IMG/VR virus record: IMGVR_UViG_3300046167_000092 | Location: 1 to 55,743 of that record | From: a virus | Taxonomy: Duplodnaviria; Caudoviricetes | Length of the DNA: 55,743 nucleotides | Direction: 5' to 3' (one strand) | Shown: one piece after another, positions 15,506-27,345 of the stretch | Position numbering within the stretch: position 1 is the stretch's first letter | Layout: every line of letters starts with the position of its first letter | Notes under the pieces: model-generated | What the model was told of the DNA's origin: nothing | The model's database searches: none | What the model saw: the letters and a program-made list of their open reading frames with translations, nothing else | Made by a program: the position numbers and the translations under genes

Positions 15506-17107
15506 ATGGCACGTTCACAACCTTTTACCGTAGCATGTGCAGGTGGCTTAGTAACATCAGCTAACTCAATAGACTTGTTACGTACACCCGGAGTTGCTAC
15601 AGTTTTACAAAACTTTGAAGTATCTATTGAAGGTGGATACAGACGTATTAATGGGTTTAGTAAGTTTGGTGCAGGAGATGCAGTTCAACCTACAGGAAGC
15701 ACAACAACTATATTAGGTACTCAACCTTATGCAGATGGTGTTGTAGTTGCTGCAGGTACTAATATATACTTTACACAAGACGGTATTACTTGGCTAACAA
15801 TAAATAGATTATCTGCAGGTAGTGGAGATAACTATTCAACCTTTACAGGTAAAAGTATTACAGCAAGAACTTTACAAGGACAATGTCAGTTTGCAATGTT
15901 TGAAGGTGCTGGACAAGATTATGGAAGTATTATAATAGCTGACGGAGTTAATGAGCCTTTTAGTTTTAGAATGGAAGGTACAGGAGCTTTAAGCACAAGA
16001 ACATACTTTACAGAAGAAATAACAGTTACAGGTACTAAAGGCGTACAGTTTATTACAGCTCATGACCATCATTTAATAGCTGCTGGTGTAACTGATAATG
16101 AAAATACAGTTTACTATAGTGTTAATAATGACCCTACATCTTTTAGTGGTACTGGTGCAGGTGCAGTAACTATATCAGATAAGATAGTAGGCATTAAAGG
16201 TTTCCGTACAGATTTATTTATATTTTGTGAAAACAGTATTCATAAACTTATAAACATTAATAACTCAAGCACAGTAGCAGTAATACCTGTTGCTGAAAGT
16301 GTAGGATGTTTAAGTGGCTACAGTATTCAAGAAATTGGTGGCGATTTAATATTTTTAGCACCTGATGGATTAAGAACAGTTGCTGGTACATCAAGAATTG
16401 GTGACGTTGAATTAGGTACAGTTAGTAAATCAATACAACCTATTATAACAGAACTAGCACAGAATGTCAATAACTATATAATAAGCAGTGTAGTATTAAG
16501 AGAAAAATCACAGTATAGATTATTTTATAGTAATGAAGGCTTGACAAATGCTTCACAAAGAGGTATAATAGGTACACTAAGACCAAATGGTTTTGAATGG
16601 TCTGAAATACTAGGTATGGAAGTTACAGCTATAGGTTCAGGATTTGATACTAACGGTATTGAACAATACTATCACGGAGATACAGACGGTTATGTTTATT
16701 TACATAACTCAGGCGATAACTTTGATGGTAGTGCAATAGATGCAAGATATCAAACACCCGATTACGATTATGGAGACTTTGGAACTTTAAAAACTTTACA
16801 CTATGTTAAACTTTCAATAGGTCCTGAAAATGAAGTACAACCTTCAGTAAGAGTTAGATTTGATTATGACAGTAACGAAACACCACAACCCGAAGATTAT
16901 TTATTAGAAAGCGTACCAGCTCCATCAATATTTGGTACAGCTTTGTTTGGAACAGCAAAGTTTGGAGCATCTGAACAACCTTTAGTTAGGTTAGCATTAC
17001 AAGGTAGTGGTTACTCTAATAGCTTTAGAATATTAACAAACGATACAAACGCACCATACACAATAAACGGACTATACATAGATTACATTCCATCAGGTAG
17101 GAGATAA
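15506..17107 (+). CDS. Tail nozzle (tail tubular protein B / P22 gp10-like)
   Basis: 533 aa beta-rich; NFE....GGYRRING and SIQEIGGDLIFLAPDG motifs; synteny. Confidence 0.75.
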   Translation: MARSQPFTVACAGGLVTSANSIDLLRTPGVATVLQNFEVSIEGGYRRINGFSKFGAGDAVQPTGSTTTILGTQPYADGVVVAAGTNIYFTQDGITWLTINRLSAGSGDNYSTFTGKSITARTLQGQCQFAMFEGAGQDYGSIIIADGVNEPFSFRMEGTGALSTRTYFTEEITVTGTKGVQFITAHDHHLIAAGVTDNENTVYYSVNNDPTSFSGTGAGAVTISDKIVGIKGFRTDLFIFCENSIHKLININNSSTVAVIPVAESVGCLSGYSIQEIGGDLIFLAPDGLRTVAGTSRIGDVELGTVSKSIQPIITELAQNVNNYIISSVVLREKSQYRLFYSNEGLTNASQRGIIGTLRPNGFEWSEILGMEVTAIGSGFDTNGIEQYYHGDTDGYVYLHNSGDNFDGSAIDARYQTPDYDYGDFGTLKTLHYVKLSIGPENEVQPSVRVRFDYDSNETPQPEDYLLESVPAPSIFGTALFGTAKFGASEQPLVRLALQGSGYSNSFRILTNDTNAPYTINGLYIDYIPSGRR

Positions 17108-17112
17108 ACACA

Positions 17113-20100
17113 ATGGCAGGTTACACAAGACAAAGTACATTCGCAGACGGAGATACAATCACTGCTGCATTATTTAATAATGAGTACAACCAACTTTTAA
17201 ATGCTTTTAGTAATACAGGTGGTCACAAACATGATGGCACTGCTGCACGAAGGACCAGTTATAGGTCTTAATTGGTGATGCAGGAGAAACTTCTCCAAAT
17301 AATAAAGTCTTAATAGATACAACAAACAATTACATTGAATTTTATGTTGAAGTATCTTCAGCATCTGTACAACAACTATACATAGCTGATGGAGCTATTA
17401 TACCTGTTACAGATAGTGATATAGATTTAGGTACAACAAGTTTAAGATTTAAAGATACATATACAGATACAATTACAACTACAGGTAATGTAGCAGTAGG
17501 TGGTAATCTAACAGTCACAGGTACTACAACTTTTAACGGTGGTACAATCACTATGGGTGATGCAGCTACTGATAACGTAGTCTTTGGTGCTGATGTAGAT
17601 TCTAACATTATCCCTGACGATGATGACAGTTATGACTTAGGTAGTTCTTCACAAGAGTGGAGAAACCTTTACATAGATGGAACTGCAAACATTGATAGTC
17701 TTGTAGCTGATACAGCAGATATTAATGGTGGTACTATTGATGGTGCTGTTATTGGTGGTTCTACTCCTGCAGCTATTACAGGTACAGCCATTACTGGTAC
17801 AAGCTTTGTAATTGGTAGTGCTACTATAACTGAAGCAGAACTAGAAATACTAGATGGTGCTACAGTAACTACAGACGAACTAAACATCCTAGATGGCGTT
17901 ACAGCTAGTGCAGCAGATATTAATCTTATAGATGGTATAACTAACGGAACTGTTATAGCAAGTAAAGCAATTATTACAGATGCTAATAAAGACATTACAG
18001 GTGGTAGAAACATTACTATCTCCGGAGAACTTGATGCAGGTTCACTTGACGTATCAGGTAATGTAGATGTAGACGGTACACTTGAAACAGATGCACTATC
18101 TATAAATGGTACAACAGTTACAAGTACAGCCGCAGAGTTAAACATACTTGACGGTAAAGCTTTCCTTGATGAAGATGACATGTCTTCAAACAGTGCTACA
18201 GGTATTGCTTCTCAACAATCTATTAAAGCTTATGTAGATACACAAATTACTGCAGAAGACTTAGACATTACTACAGATAGTGGAACTATTGCAATAGACT
18301 TAGATAGTGAAACATTAACTGTATCAGGTGGTACAGGTCTTGATAGTTCTGCAACAGGTAATGCAGTTACTCTAGCAATTGATAGTACAGTAGCAACTCT
18401 TACAGGTTCACAGACTTTAACAAACAAATCACTAACTGCTCCTACGCTTACAGGTACTGCTGTAGTAGCTTCACTAGACATCTCAGGCGATATAGACGTA
18501 GACGGAACTACTAACCTAGACGTAGTAGATATAGATGGTGCTGTAGATATGGCAAGTACTCTTAATGTTTCAGGTGCTATAACAGCAACAGATTTATTAA
18601 TAGATACTGATGTTATTGTTACAGATTCCACAAATGACCGAGTTGGTATTAATAAAACTTCTCCAGCTACTACTTTAGATGTTGGTGGTAATATTTATTT
18701 TTCAGGTATAGTGCGAGGAACTTCAGATGGTTCTGAGTCTGCTCCTTCTATTCAGCCCGGTAATGATGGTGATACTGGTCTCTTTAGACCAACAGCTAAC
18801 ACAATAGGTTTTAGTACTGGTGGTACAGAACGCATGAGAATTATCTCAACAGGCATAGACGTAACAGGTGCAGTTAATTTAAGTGATACTTATGGTCTTC
18901 AGTGGGGAACTGGTAACGAACGTATAACAGGAGTAAACACTGGTAACTCACTTAGGTTCATAACCAACAATCAAGAACGCATGAGAGTAACTACAACAGG
19001 CATAGATGTAACAGGCACAGCAGTAACAGATGGTCTTACAGTAGCAGGTAATGTCTCAGTAGACGGTGGAACAATTAAACTTGATGGTAATTATCCAACT
19101 GGTACTGATAATGTAGCTTTAGGACAAAACGCTTTAACTAATGTTACAACTGGTCAAAAAAATACTGCTATAGGTGATGATGCTATGTTTACCACTACAG
19201 AAGGTAATTACAATGTAGCTGTAGGTGAGGGTGTATTAGAAGATAATACAACAGGAGGTTTTAATGTAGCTATAGGCAGACAAGCTCTTAATAGTAATAC
19301 AACAGCTTCAAATAATACTGGTGTTGGTTATTTTGCTTTACAAGCAAACACTACAGGTGCAGGAAACGTAGCAGTTGGAAAAAATGCTCTTGATACTAAT
19401 ACCACAGGACAAGTTAATGTTGCTGTAGGGCAAGGTGCATTAAGTGCTAATACTACAGCAAATTACAACGTAGGTATTGGAGTAGATGCTTTAGGTTCTA
19501 ACACTACAGGTACTGAAAATACAACAGTAGGTAGTTTAACTTTAGACGCTAATATCACTGGTTCAAATAATGAAGCATTTGGATATGCAGCGTTATCAGG
19601 CAATACAACAGGTAATAGTAATGTTGCTATAGGTACTGTAGCATTATTAAATAACACTACAGCATCTAACAACACAGCAGTAGGTAGAAGTGCTTTAACA
19701 GCAAACACTACAGGTAATACTCTTGTTGCTATAGGATATAATGCACTTGGGTCAAATACAACAGCTAATAATAATGTTGCAATAGGAGCTGAAGCCTTAG
19801 AAGCTAATACCACTGGTGCAGATAATGTAGCTATGGGTAAAGCAGCTTTAGCAGATAATACCACAGGTAACTACAATACTGGAGTAGGTACTTTAGCATT
19901 ATTAGATAATACAACAGGTAGTAACAATACATCTTTTGGTTATTTTTCTTTAGTAAACAATACTACAGCTAATAACAATACAGCTATTGGTTACTTAGCT
20001 ATGGAACAAAACACTACAGGTACTGTAAACACAGCAGTTGGAGCAGAAGCACTTGATGCTAATACAACTGGTAGTGATAATAATGCTTTTGGGTATCATT

Positions 20101-21950
20101 CTTTAAGTAGTAATACAACTGGTGGTGCAAATATTGGTATAGGTAGAGGAGCTTTATTTTCAAATACTACTGCAAATAACAATACAGCAGTTGGTTATTT
20201 ATCTATGGCATCAAACACTACAGGTACAGGTAATACTGCTGTAGGTTATTCATCTTTAGATGCAACAAATGCAAGTTACAGTACAGCAGTTGGGTATGCT
20301 TCTTTAGGTTCTAATACTACAGGTGCAGACAGTACAGCAGTAGGTGCTTTATCTTTAGATGCTAATACTACTGGTAATCAAAATGTTGGAATAGGAGTAC
20401 ATGCTTTAGGTTCTAATACTACAGCTAATAATAACACTGCTGTAGGTTATAGTGCTTTATCAGCAAACACTACAGCATCAGGTAATGTTGCTGTTGGGTA
20501 TTCAGCAATGCAAGATGGAACAACAGGAGCTAACTCTACAGCAATAGGTTATGAAGCATTAGCAAATGTAACAACTGTTAATGGAAATCACGCTTTTGGT
20601 TTTAGAGCATTAAAGGCTAATACTTCAGGTACAGGTAATACAGCAGTTGGTGGCGGTTCTTTACAAGCAAACACTACAGGTCCTTATAATACTGCTATAG
20701 GTGCTAATACTTTAGATGTTAATACAACTGGTGGTCAAAATACTGGCGTAGGTTATGGTGCTTTATCAGGTAATACAACTGCATCTAATAACACTGCTGT
20801 TGGATTTGAGTCTTTGATTACAAACACTACAGGTGGAGAAAATACAGCAGTAGGTAGAGATTCTTTAAAACTAAACACTACAGCAAGTAGTAATTCAGCT
20901 TTTGGTTATGCTGCTTTACGAAATAATACTACAGGTACTCAAAATACAGGCTTGGGCGAATCTGCACTTAGGGCAAACACAACAGCCAGTAACAATACTG
21001 CAGTTGGTTTTTCAGCTCTTACAGCAAACACTACAGGTTATTCAAATGTTGCAATAGGACAATTTTCATTAGATGCAAATACAACAGGATTAGCAAATAC
21101 TGCTCTAGGTCACAATGCATTAACAGGAAATACAACAGCAAATAATAACGTAGCAGTTGGTTATAATTCTTTAGAAGTAAACACTACAGGAACTCAAAAT
21201 ACTGCCCTTGGTTCTTCTTCTTTAGAATCACAAACAACAGCATCAAGTAATGTAGCCGTTGGGTATGATGCAGGAGCTAAAGTAACTACTGGAGGAGCTA
21301 ATACTCTTATAGGTACTTTTGCAGGAGATAACTTAACTACAGCTTCTGGAAATACTTTAGTAGGCTACAATTCAGGTACTTATCAAACACCTGATTTAAC
21401 TACTGGTATAGCTAATACTATGTTTGGTGCTTACAACACAGGAACTAGTGCTACTGCTAATGACCAACATGGTTTCGGATATAATTTAGATTGTGCTGCA
21501 AACTTTACAACTCTTGGAGGAGGTTCTACTGATAGTAGATTGGCTTTTGGTGGCACATCTTGGGCAGCAGTTTCTGACATAAGAGTTAAAAAAGATATAA
21601 AAGATGCTGAAGCAGGATTAAGTTTCATAAACGATTTAAGACCAGTAACTTTTAATTACAAAACTAAAGGCGAAATACCTGATAATTTTAAAGGTTATGA
21701 AGAAGGCTCTACAGAAGCATATAAAAATGAAAAAACTCAACATGGTTTTATAGCTCAAGAAGTTAAAGAGGTTATTGATAATCATGATGAAATTACTAAT
21801 GGTTTTAAAATGTGGCATGAGTTAGACCATACAGGACAACAAGAAATTGCTGAAGGTTATTTAATACCAATTTTAACTAAAGCAGTACAAGAACTGTCTA
21901 CGCAAGTAGATGAATTAAAAGCCGAAATACAAACTTTAAAAGGAGAATAA
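17113..21950 (+). CDS. Long tail fibre with 14-aa beta-roll repeats and C-terminal peptidase S74 chaperone; two +1 frameshifts near 17247 and 17268
   Basis: MAGYTRQS...GHKHDGT start at 17113 joins ORF 17553 after removing 2 nt; NTAVG..AL..NTT repeats; SDIRVKKDI and HGFIAQEV. Confidence 0.9.
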
Positions 21951-21951
21951 T

Positions 21952-22227
21952 ATGGCACAAACAGTAAGCGAAGTCTTAACAGCAGCAACAGATAGCGTAA
22001 CACTTATCAACGGTGTAAACGGTGGAACTTGGGATGTTGAAGGCATGGAGCAATCTGACATTAACGATATGGTACAAAGGAACGTAGACCACATAGAACT
22101 AGTATTAGCCTATGAACCTGTTGATTCAGATGACGATACTCCAGACGTAGCTGGTAGTTCAGATGATAAAACATCTTATACTACAGCAGTTGCAACTGGT
22201 AAGACATACATAACTGATAACAGTTAA
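21952..22227 (+). CDS. Small acidic protein, possibly fibre-associated
   Basis: AGGAG SD, directly after the fibre gene. Confidence 0.7.
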   Translation: MAQTVSEVLTAATDSVTLINGVNGGTWDVEGMEQSDINDMVQRNVDHIELVLAYEPVDSDDDTPDVAGSSDDKTSYTTAVATGKTYITDNS

Positions 22228-22232
22228 GTACA

Positions 22233-22475
22233 ATGGAATTAACACCATATTTATTTTGGAATATCTTTATAACTTTGGTGTTAGCTCCAGTGCTTTACAG
22301 CATCAGACAAAACACTGAAGAGTCTAAACGACTCGACATTCTCTTGAATAAAACACGTGAAGAGATTGCAAAAGACTACGTAACTAAAAATGAAGTTAGA
22401 GATGACATGGGAATCCTCATGGATAGAATAGATAAAATCGGAGAAAAGCTTGACAAACTCTTTGAAGTCAAGTAA
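22233..22475 (+). CDS. Single-TM coiled-coil protein
   Basis: Hydrophobic N-terminus, then LLNKTREEIAKDYVTK. Confidence 0.75.
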   Translation: MELTPYLFWNIFITLVLAPVLYSIRQNTEESKRLDILLNKTREEIAKDYVTKNEVRDDMGILMDRIDKIGEKLDKLFEVK

Positions 22476-22478
22476 AAT
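22450..22478 (+). promoter_or_regulatory. Sigma70 promoter TTGACA-17-TAAAAT for the ejection-protein operon
   Basis: Shares aaaagcTTGACAaactct (18 bp) with the terS promoter. Confidence 0.7.
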
Positions 22479-22498
22479 AGGTATAAAGGGATTTATAA

Positions 22499-25400
22499 GT
22501 GGATAGAAGAAGTAACAATATATTAAAGAAGTATAAAAGCAGTGCTAAATCAGCAACGTCTTCTAAAAAAAAGTCAGTAAAGACACCACCAAAGAAAACA
22601 GTACCACCTAGGAAAGAAACAGTAAAGACACCACCAAAGAAAACAGTACCACCTAGGAAAGAAACAGCAAAGACACCACCAAAGAAAACAGTACCACCAA
22701 AGAAACCTGCTCCGACTCCTGCTCCTACCCCAGCACCGACTCCAGCCCCAACAGCAGCACCGACACCTGCTCCAAACATAACTCCAGTAAAGGAATTAAA
22801 TATGAAACAAAAAAAAACAAAAAAAACCAGTAAAAAAACCAGTAAAAGCACCTGAAGAAAGAAGAGACCCACCAATGTCTATAGGTGGCGTAGGTGGTGG
22901 ACAAGGTGGTCCGGGAGAAAATGAACCAACACCTGCACCAACAGCAGCTCCAACAGCAGCTCCAACAGCAGCACCAACAGCAGCCCCTACTCCTGCACCA
23001 ACTACAGCTCCTTCTACAAACCTTGAAATAGAAAGAAAAACAGAAACTCCTGTACAAGAAGATGGAACAGTTTTTAGTACTTATCAAAAAGACGCTGCAT
23101 TAGAAGCTGCAAGAAAAGAAAGAATTAGAGAAACAGGATTACAAACTGAAGCTGCTGCAAGAGGAGAAGTTCCTGAAGGTGCTAAACTTAAAGATGCTGA
23201 ACAAGTAGGAGGAATAGACCCTGAAACTGGAGAGCCTATAGTACGAGACCAAGTTACTACTGAAAATGGCTGATACTACAAAAGTAACTACAGAAGGTGC
23301 TAAAGCAGTTAAGGATGAAACAGTTTCAACTGGTGCTGTAACAGAAGGTACAGTTGCAGAACAAGTACAAGCAGATACTTATGAGGCTACAATAGTAGAC
23401 CAAAGTCCTGAAGTTAAAGCTGCTTTAGGTGAGTTATCTGAAGGAGCAAAAGCTAAAGTTACTGAAATAAGGAATTTAACAACCCCTGCAACTTTTGCAA
23501 GTATTTCACAAAAGGTCGCAGAAGGTGCTAAAGCAAAAGATATTGAAGGTGTTTTATCTTCAGGAGCTTTTGTCACAGAAGGAGGCGTTAGAGCTTCTGA
23601 TGTTAATGTATCAGAAACTCCTGATGCAGAGAAAAAGGAACGTGAGGCTATTACAGGTATTCCTGCTACAGACGGAAAAGCTGCTGAAATTTTAGGAGTA
23701 GTTAGTTATGATGCTGTTAAACAAAGAGCAGTAACAGGACAAGCTGCAAAAGGTGCTGCTGCAGAAATGATTGCAGAGGTTGGTAATATGCCACCTGACA
23801 TTGCTGCTGCTATTGTAGAAGACCCTGCAACTGTAGAAGCTCAAGTAGATACAAATCCTGTAGAAGTTAATGCTGCTATTGCTGCGTTACCTACAGAAGC
23901 TTTAGTATCTTCACAGATGGAAACTTTATTAGGAGGCATGGAAGACGGTAAGATTCCAATGTGGGCTAAACCTGCTGTAGATGCAATGAATGCTCAAATG
24001 GCTCAAAGAGGCTTAAGTGTTTCTACTGTAGGTAGAGATGCTTTGTTTAACTCTATTATTCAAAGTGCTATGCCAATGGCACAAAGCAATGCACAAGCTT
24101 TACAAACTAGAGCAGCCCAAAACTTAAGTAACCAACAACAGGCAAACTTACAACAAGCTACTCAAGAACAACAATTAAGAATGCAGAACTTGGCAAACCG
24201 TCAAGATGCTGCAAGTCAAACTGCACAGATGTCTCAGCAAATGAGAACAATGCAAAGTCAGTTTAACCAACAAGCTGTAATGACTACTGCTGACCAACAG
24301 CAACAAATGAGAATGCAAAACCTGCAGAATAGACAACAAGCTGCAGTAACTAATGTTCAAAACCAACAGCAGATGAACATGCAAAATCTTGGCAATGAGC
24401 AACAGCTAAACATGGCAGAGCTTCAGATAGATGCTGCTAGAGCTGGAGCAGACCAGTCTGCAGAGAATCAAAGTCGTATGGCAGAGATGCAAGTAGCTGC
24501 TGATTTCTTAGCTAAGAATGCTGGTTTTAAACAACAAATGGAATTAGCTAATTTATCTAATGACCAACAAATGAGACTTGCAAACTTATCAGCTCTTAAT
24601 CAAGCTAGTTCAGAAAATCTTAGTGCTGAACAACAAACAGAACTTGCAAATCTTAATAAGAACATGCAGACTAATCTTTTACAAGCTAACATTGCTAAAG
24701 ATATGGGACTTGCACAGCTTAATGTTGACCAACAAACTGCTATATATAATGCTACAACAACTGCTGGTATGGATATGGCAAACTTTAATGCTGACCAACA
24801 AAGAGTATTAGCTAATAGTAAGTTTATGCAAACAGTAGCTATTACAAACATGAATGCTGAACAACAATCTATTATGCAAAATGCTACAGCTATGGCATCT
24901 TTAGATTTAGCTACAGTAGACCAAAGAACTAAGTTAGCAGTTAGTAATGCTCAAAACTTTTTACAAATGGATATGGCTAATCTTTCTAATCAACAGCAAT
25001 CTAATATGATGAAGGCTCAACAAGAACAACAAAGATTATTGTCTAATCAGTCTGCTGAAAATGCATCAAAACAATTTAATTCTTCAAGTGAAAATCAAAC
25101 TAATCAGTTTATGGCTAATCTTAATGCACAAATGAGTCAGTACAATGCTTCACAAAACAATGCAATGGAGCAGTTTAATGCTTCTCAAAACAATGCTGCA
25201 GAAGCTAGAAGAGCTGGAAGAGATGCTGATTTAAGTAAGTTTGATGCACAGCTTACAGCTCAAGTAGACCAGTTTAATTCTCAACAGGACTTTGCAAGAG
25301 CTAGCTGGAATGCACAGAACTCTGCTGCTGTTGAGGCTTCTAATGTTGCTTGGAGAAGACAGGCAAATACAATTAATACTGCTGCACAGAATCAAATAAA

Positions 25401-25686
25401 TGCACAAAACGCACAGAATGCTTTTGGTATGTCTATGCAATCTCAGTCATTTTTATGGCAGGAACTTAGAGACCAAGCAGACTTTGATTTTAGAGCAGGT
25501 GAAAACGAATTAAATAGACAGGCTCAAATACTTTCAACAGCTATTGCAAATGAAGGTAAAGCTGGTGAAAAGTATGATGATTATTTATCAAGTTTAATAA
25601 ATACATTGGGTGGTTCATATAGAAGTGGATTGACTGGTGGTTATAGTGGTGGCTCATCTAATCAAGGTGGAACTAGAGCAAAGTAA
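22499..25686 (+). CDS. Internal virion/ejection protein with Pro/Lys-rich N-terminus and Gln/Asn-rich coiled coil; probably one gene split by frameshifts at ~22815 and ~23265
   Basis: ORFs 22499-22855, 22875-23273 and 23266-25686; an alternative frame reads KKPVKKPVKAPEERRDPPM into 22875; both breaks lie in A runs. Confidence 0.7.
22579..22705 (+). repeat. 45-bp tandem repeat (KTPPKKTVPPRKETV), ~2.7 copies, followed by PAPT/PTAA repeats
   Basis: aagacaccaccaaagaaaacagtaccacc three times at 45-bp spacing. Confidence 0.9.
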
Positions 25687-25697
25687 AAGGAAACAAT

Positions 25698-26738
25698 ATG
25701 GGATTTTTAAGAAAAGTAGGTAGGAAAGTAAAAAAGAAACTAAACAAAGTGTTTGGTCAAAAAGTAGGAGGCATACTAGGAATGGTAGGTTTATACTTTG
25801 CTATGGGTGCTGTTGCTAAAGGACTTAGTGGGTGGGCTAAAAGTACGTTTGGTGCTGGTAAAAGTACTGCAGATGTTGCCAACGTAGCACAACAAGCTTC
25901 AGAAGTTTCAAAGACTGCTGCAGATGTTAAAAGTGCAACAGATAGCACTGCTGTTATTACTGAAGCTGCTAAAAAAGGAGTTGATGCAACTGTAACCTCT
26001 ACCGGAGCTAGTGTAGAAACTTTAATAGCTGAGTCTACAACTAATGCTGAAAGGTTTAATAACTGGGTAGGAGGACAAGAAAGTCTTCTTAATCAAGGTA
26101 AACTTCCTGTAGAAGTTAATCCTAGCCTTACAGATACTGTAGTTAATAGTATTTCTAATGAAGAAGTCTATAAACAAACAACAGGAGAAGTTTTTAAATA
26201 TTTAGAACAACCTGCTTTAGACGTAAATAAAATAGCTGAAAGTGTTAAAACAGCCGAACAAGCTGCTACTGCATCTCAAACAGAAATGGCTCGTCAAGGA
26301 ATAGACTTTACTAAAGAATTTATTTCGCCTAAATCAAGTGTAGAAGGAACTAAATTAGCACAAGAAAGTGCTACAGGATTTCAAAAGTTTGCAGCAGACC
26401 CTGTAGGCTCTACTGTAGATTATGTAGGAACTAAAGCAAAAGAAGCAGGAGACTATATTAAAGGAGACTTTGTACCTGACTTAGCACAAGGAGCTTTAAC
26501 TGGTGTTGTAAATAGAAGTCTTATGGAAGACGAAGAAGTAATGGGTTTAGGTAGAGGAGCTCAAGGACAACCAATGATGACTGCAGCTCAAGGCAATCAT
26601 CTAGCTGCTGTACAAGCACAGCCGGGTTATGCAAACTTAACTAACATGAGAAGCTTTACAGACCTAGCAAATCAAACACTATACGGAACAGGTTCACCAT
26701 CATACTTACAAAACGTATATCAACCAATTAAAATATAG
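25698..26738 (+). CDS. Putative ejection protein
   Basis: Amphipathic basic N-terminus MGFLRKVGRKVKK plus a Gly/Ala hydrophobic stretch; position. Confidence 0.65.
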   Translation: MGFLRKVGRKVKKKLNKVFGQKVGGILGMVGLYFAMGAVAKGLSGWAKSTFGAGKSTADVANVAQQASEVSKTAADVKSATDSTAVITEAAKKGVDATVTSTGASVETLIAESTTNAERFNNWVGGQESLLNQGKLPVEVNPSLTDTVVNSISNEEVYKQTTGEVFKYLEQPALDVNKIAESVKTAEQAATASQTEMARQGIDFTKEFISPKSSVEGTKLAQESATGFQKFAADPVGSTVDYVGTKAKEAGDYIKGDFVPDLAQGALTGVVNRSLMEDEEVMGLGRGAQGQPMMTAAQGNHLAAVQAQPGYANLTNMRSFTDLANQTLYGTGSPSYLQNVYQPIKI

Positions 26739-26747
26739 GAAATCATT

Positions 26748-27344
26748 ATGGCAATGACAGAAAAAGCAGCACAGTTTGTGCAAGGAAACATGGAAAGAGG
26801 AAGACCTATTCCGGGTCAAAGCCTTACAAACGACCCTAGTCAACCTTATAACTGGGAAAAAGCTCCTGAGTTTACTAACTCTAAAGAAGCTATGTTGTAC
26901 GTTTTTGAAAATCTAACAGTCCCTGAAACTACTGCTAATATTTTATTATCTTTAAGTAAAGGTATTGGTGTTATTGACATTGCATCTATAACTTTGTATA
27001 CTGGTTTTACTGAAGGTAAATGGAATCCTGATTTAATGATGTTATTAATGGAGCCAACTATGTATATGGTAATGGCTTTAGCAGAAAAAGCAGAGTTAGA
27101 CTTTGTTATGGATTCTGCAGAAGAAGTAGGCGAAGAAGAAATACTAGGAGACAAAGCTATACAGCAAATAGAAGAAGGCATAGGTTCATTAGATGCTATG
27201 AGAAAACAAGCTGCTCAAAGAGTAAGCCCACAGTCAGTCCCACAGGAAGTTAGAGAAGTAATAGAAGAAACAAAAATAGAACCTAGTATCTTAGAAAAAG
27301 TAGAAGAAGTAAAAAGTAATAGCTTATTAGCAAGAGAGGAATAA
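26748..27344 (+). CDS. Conserved virion-associated hypothetical protein
   Basis: PIPGQSLT..P...YNWEKAP and GKWNPDL motifs. Confidence 0.75.
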   Translation: MAMTEKAAQFVQGNMERGRPIPGQSLTNDPSQPYNWEKAPEFTNSKEAMLYVFENLTVPETTANILLSLSKGIGVIDIASITLYTGFTEGKWNPDLMMLLMEPTMYMVMALAEKAELDFVMDSAEEVGEEEILGDKAIQQIEEGIGSLDAMRKQAAQRVSPQSVPQEVREVIEETKIEPSILEKVEEVKSNSLLAREE

Positions 27345-27345
27345 G

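Noticed and set aside
17113-17553. Apparent non-coding gap before the tail fibre
   Set aside because: It encodes the fibre N-terminus (MAGYTRQS...), interrupted by two single-base insertions.
17342-19864. Long antisense ORFs (17342-17608, 17669-18181, 18230-18631, 19463-19864) and similar shadows elsewhere
   Set aside because: Ser/Val/Pro-rich mirror translations caused by codon bias of the sense gene; no SD or recognisable motifs.
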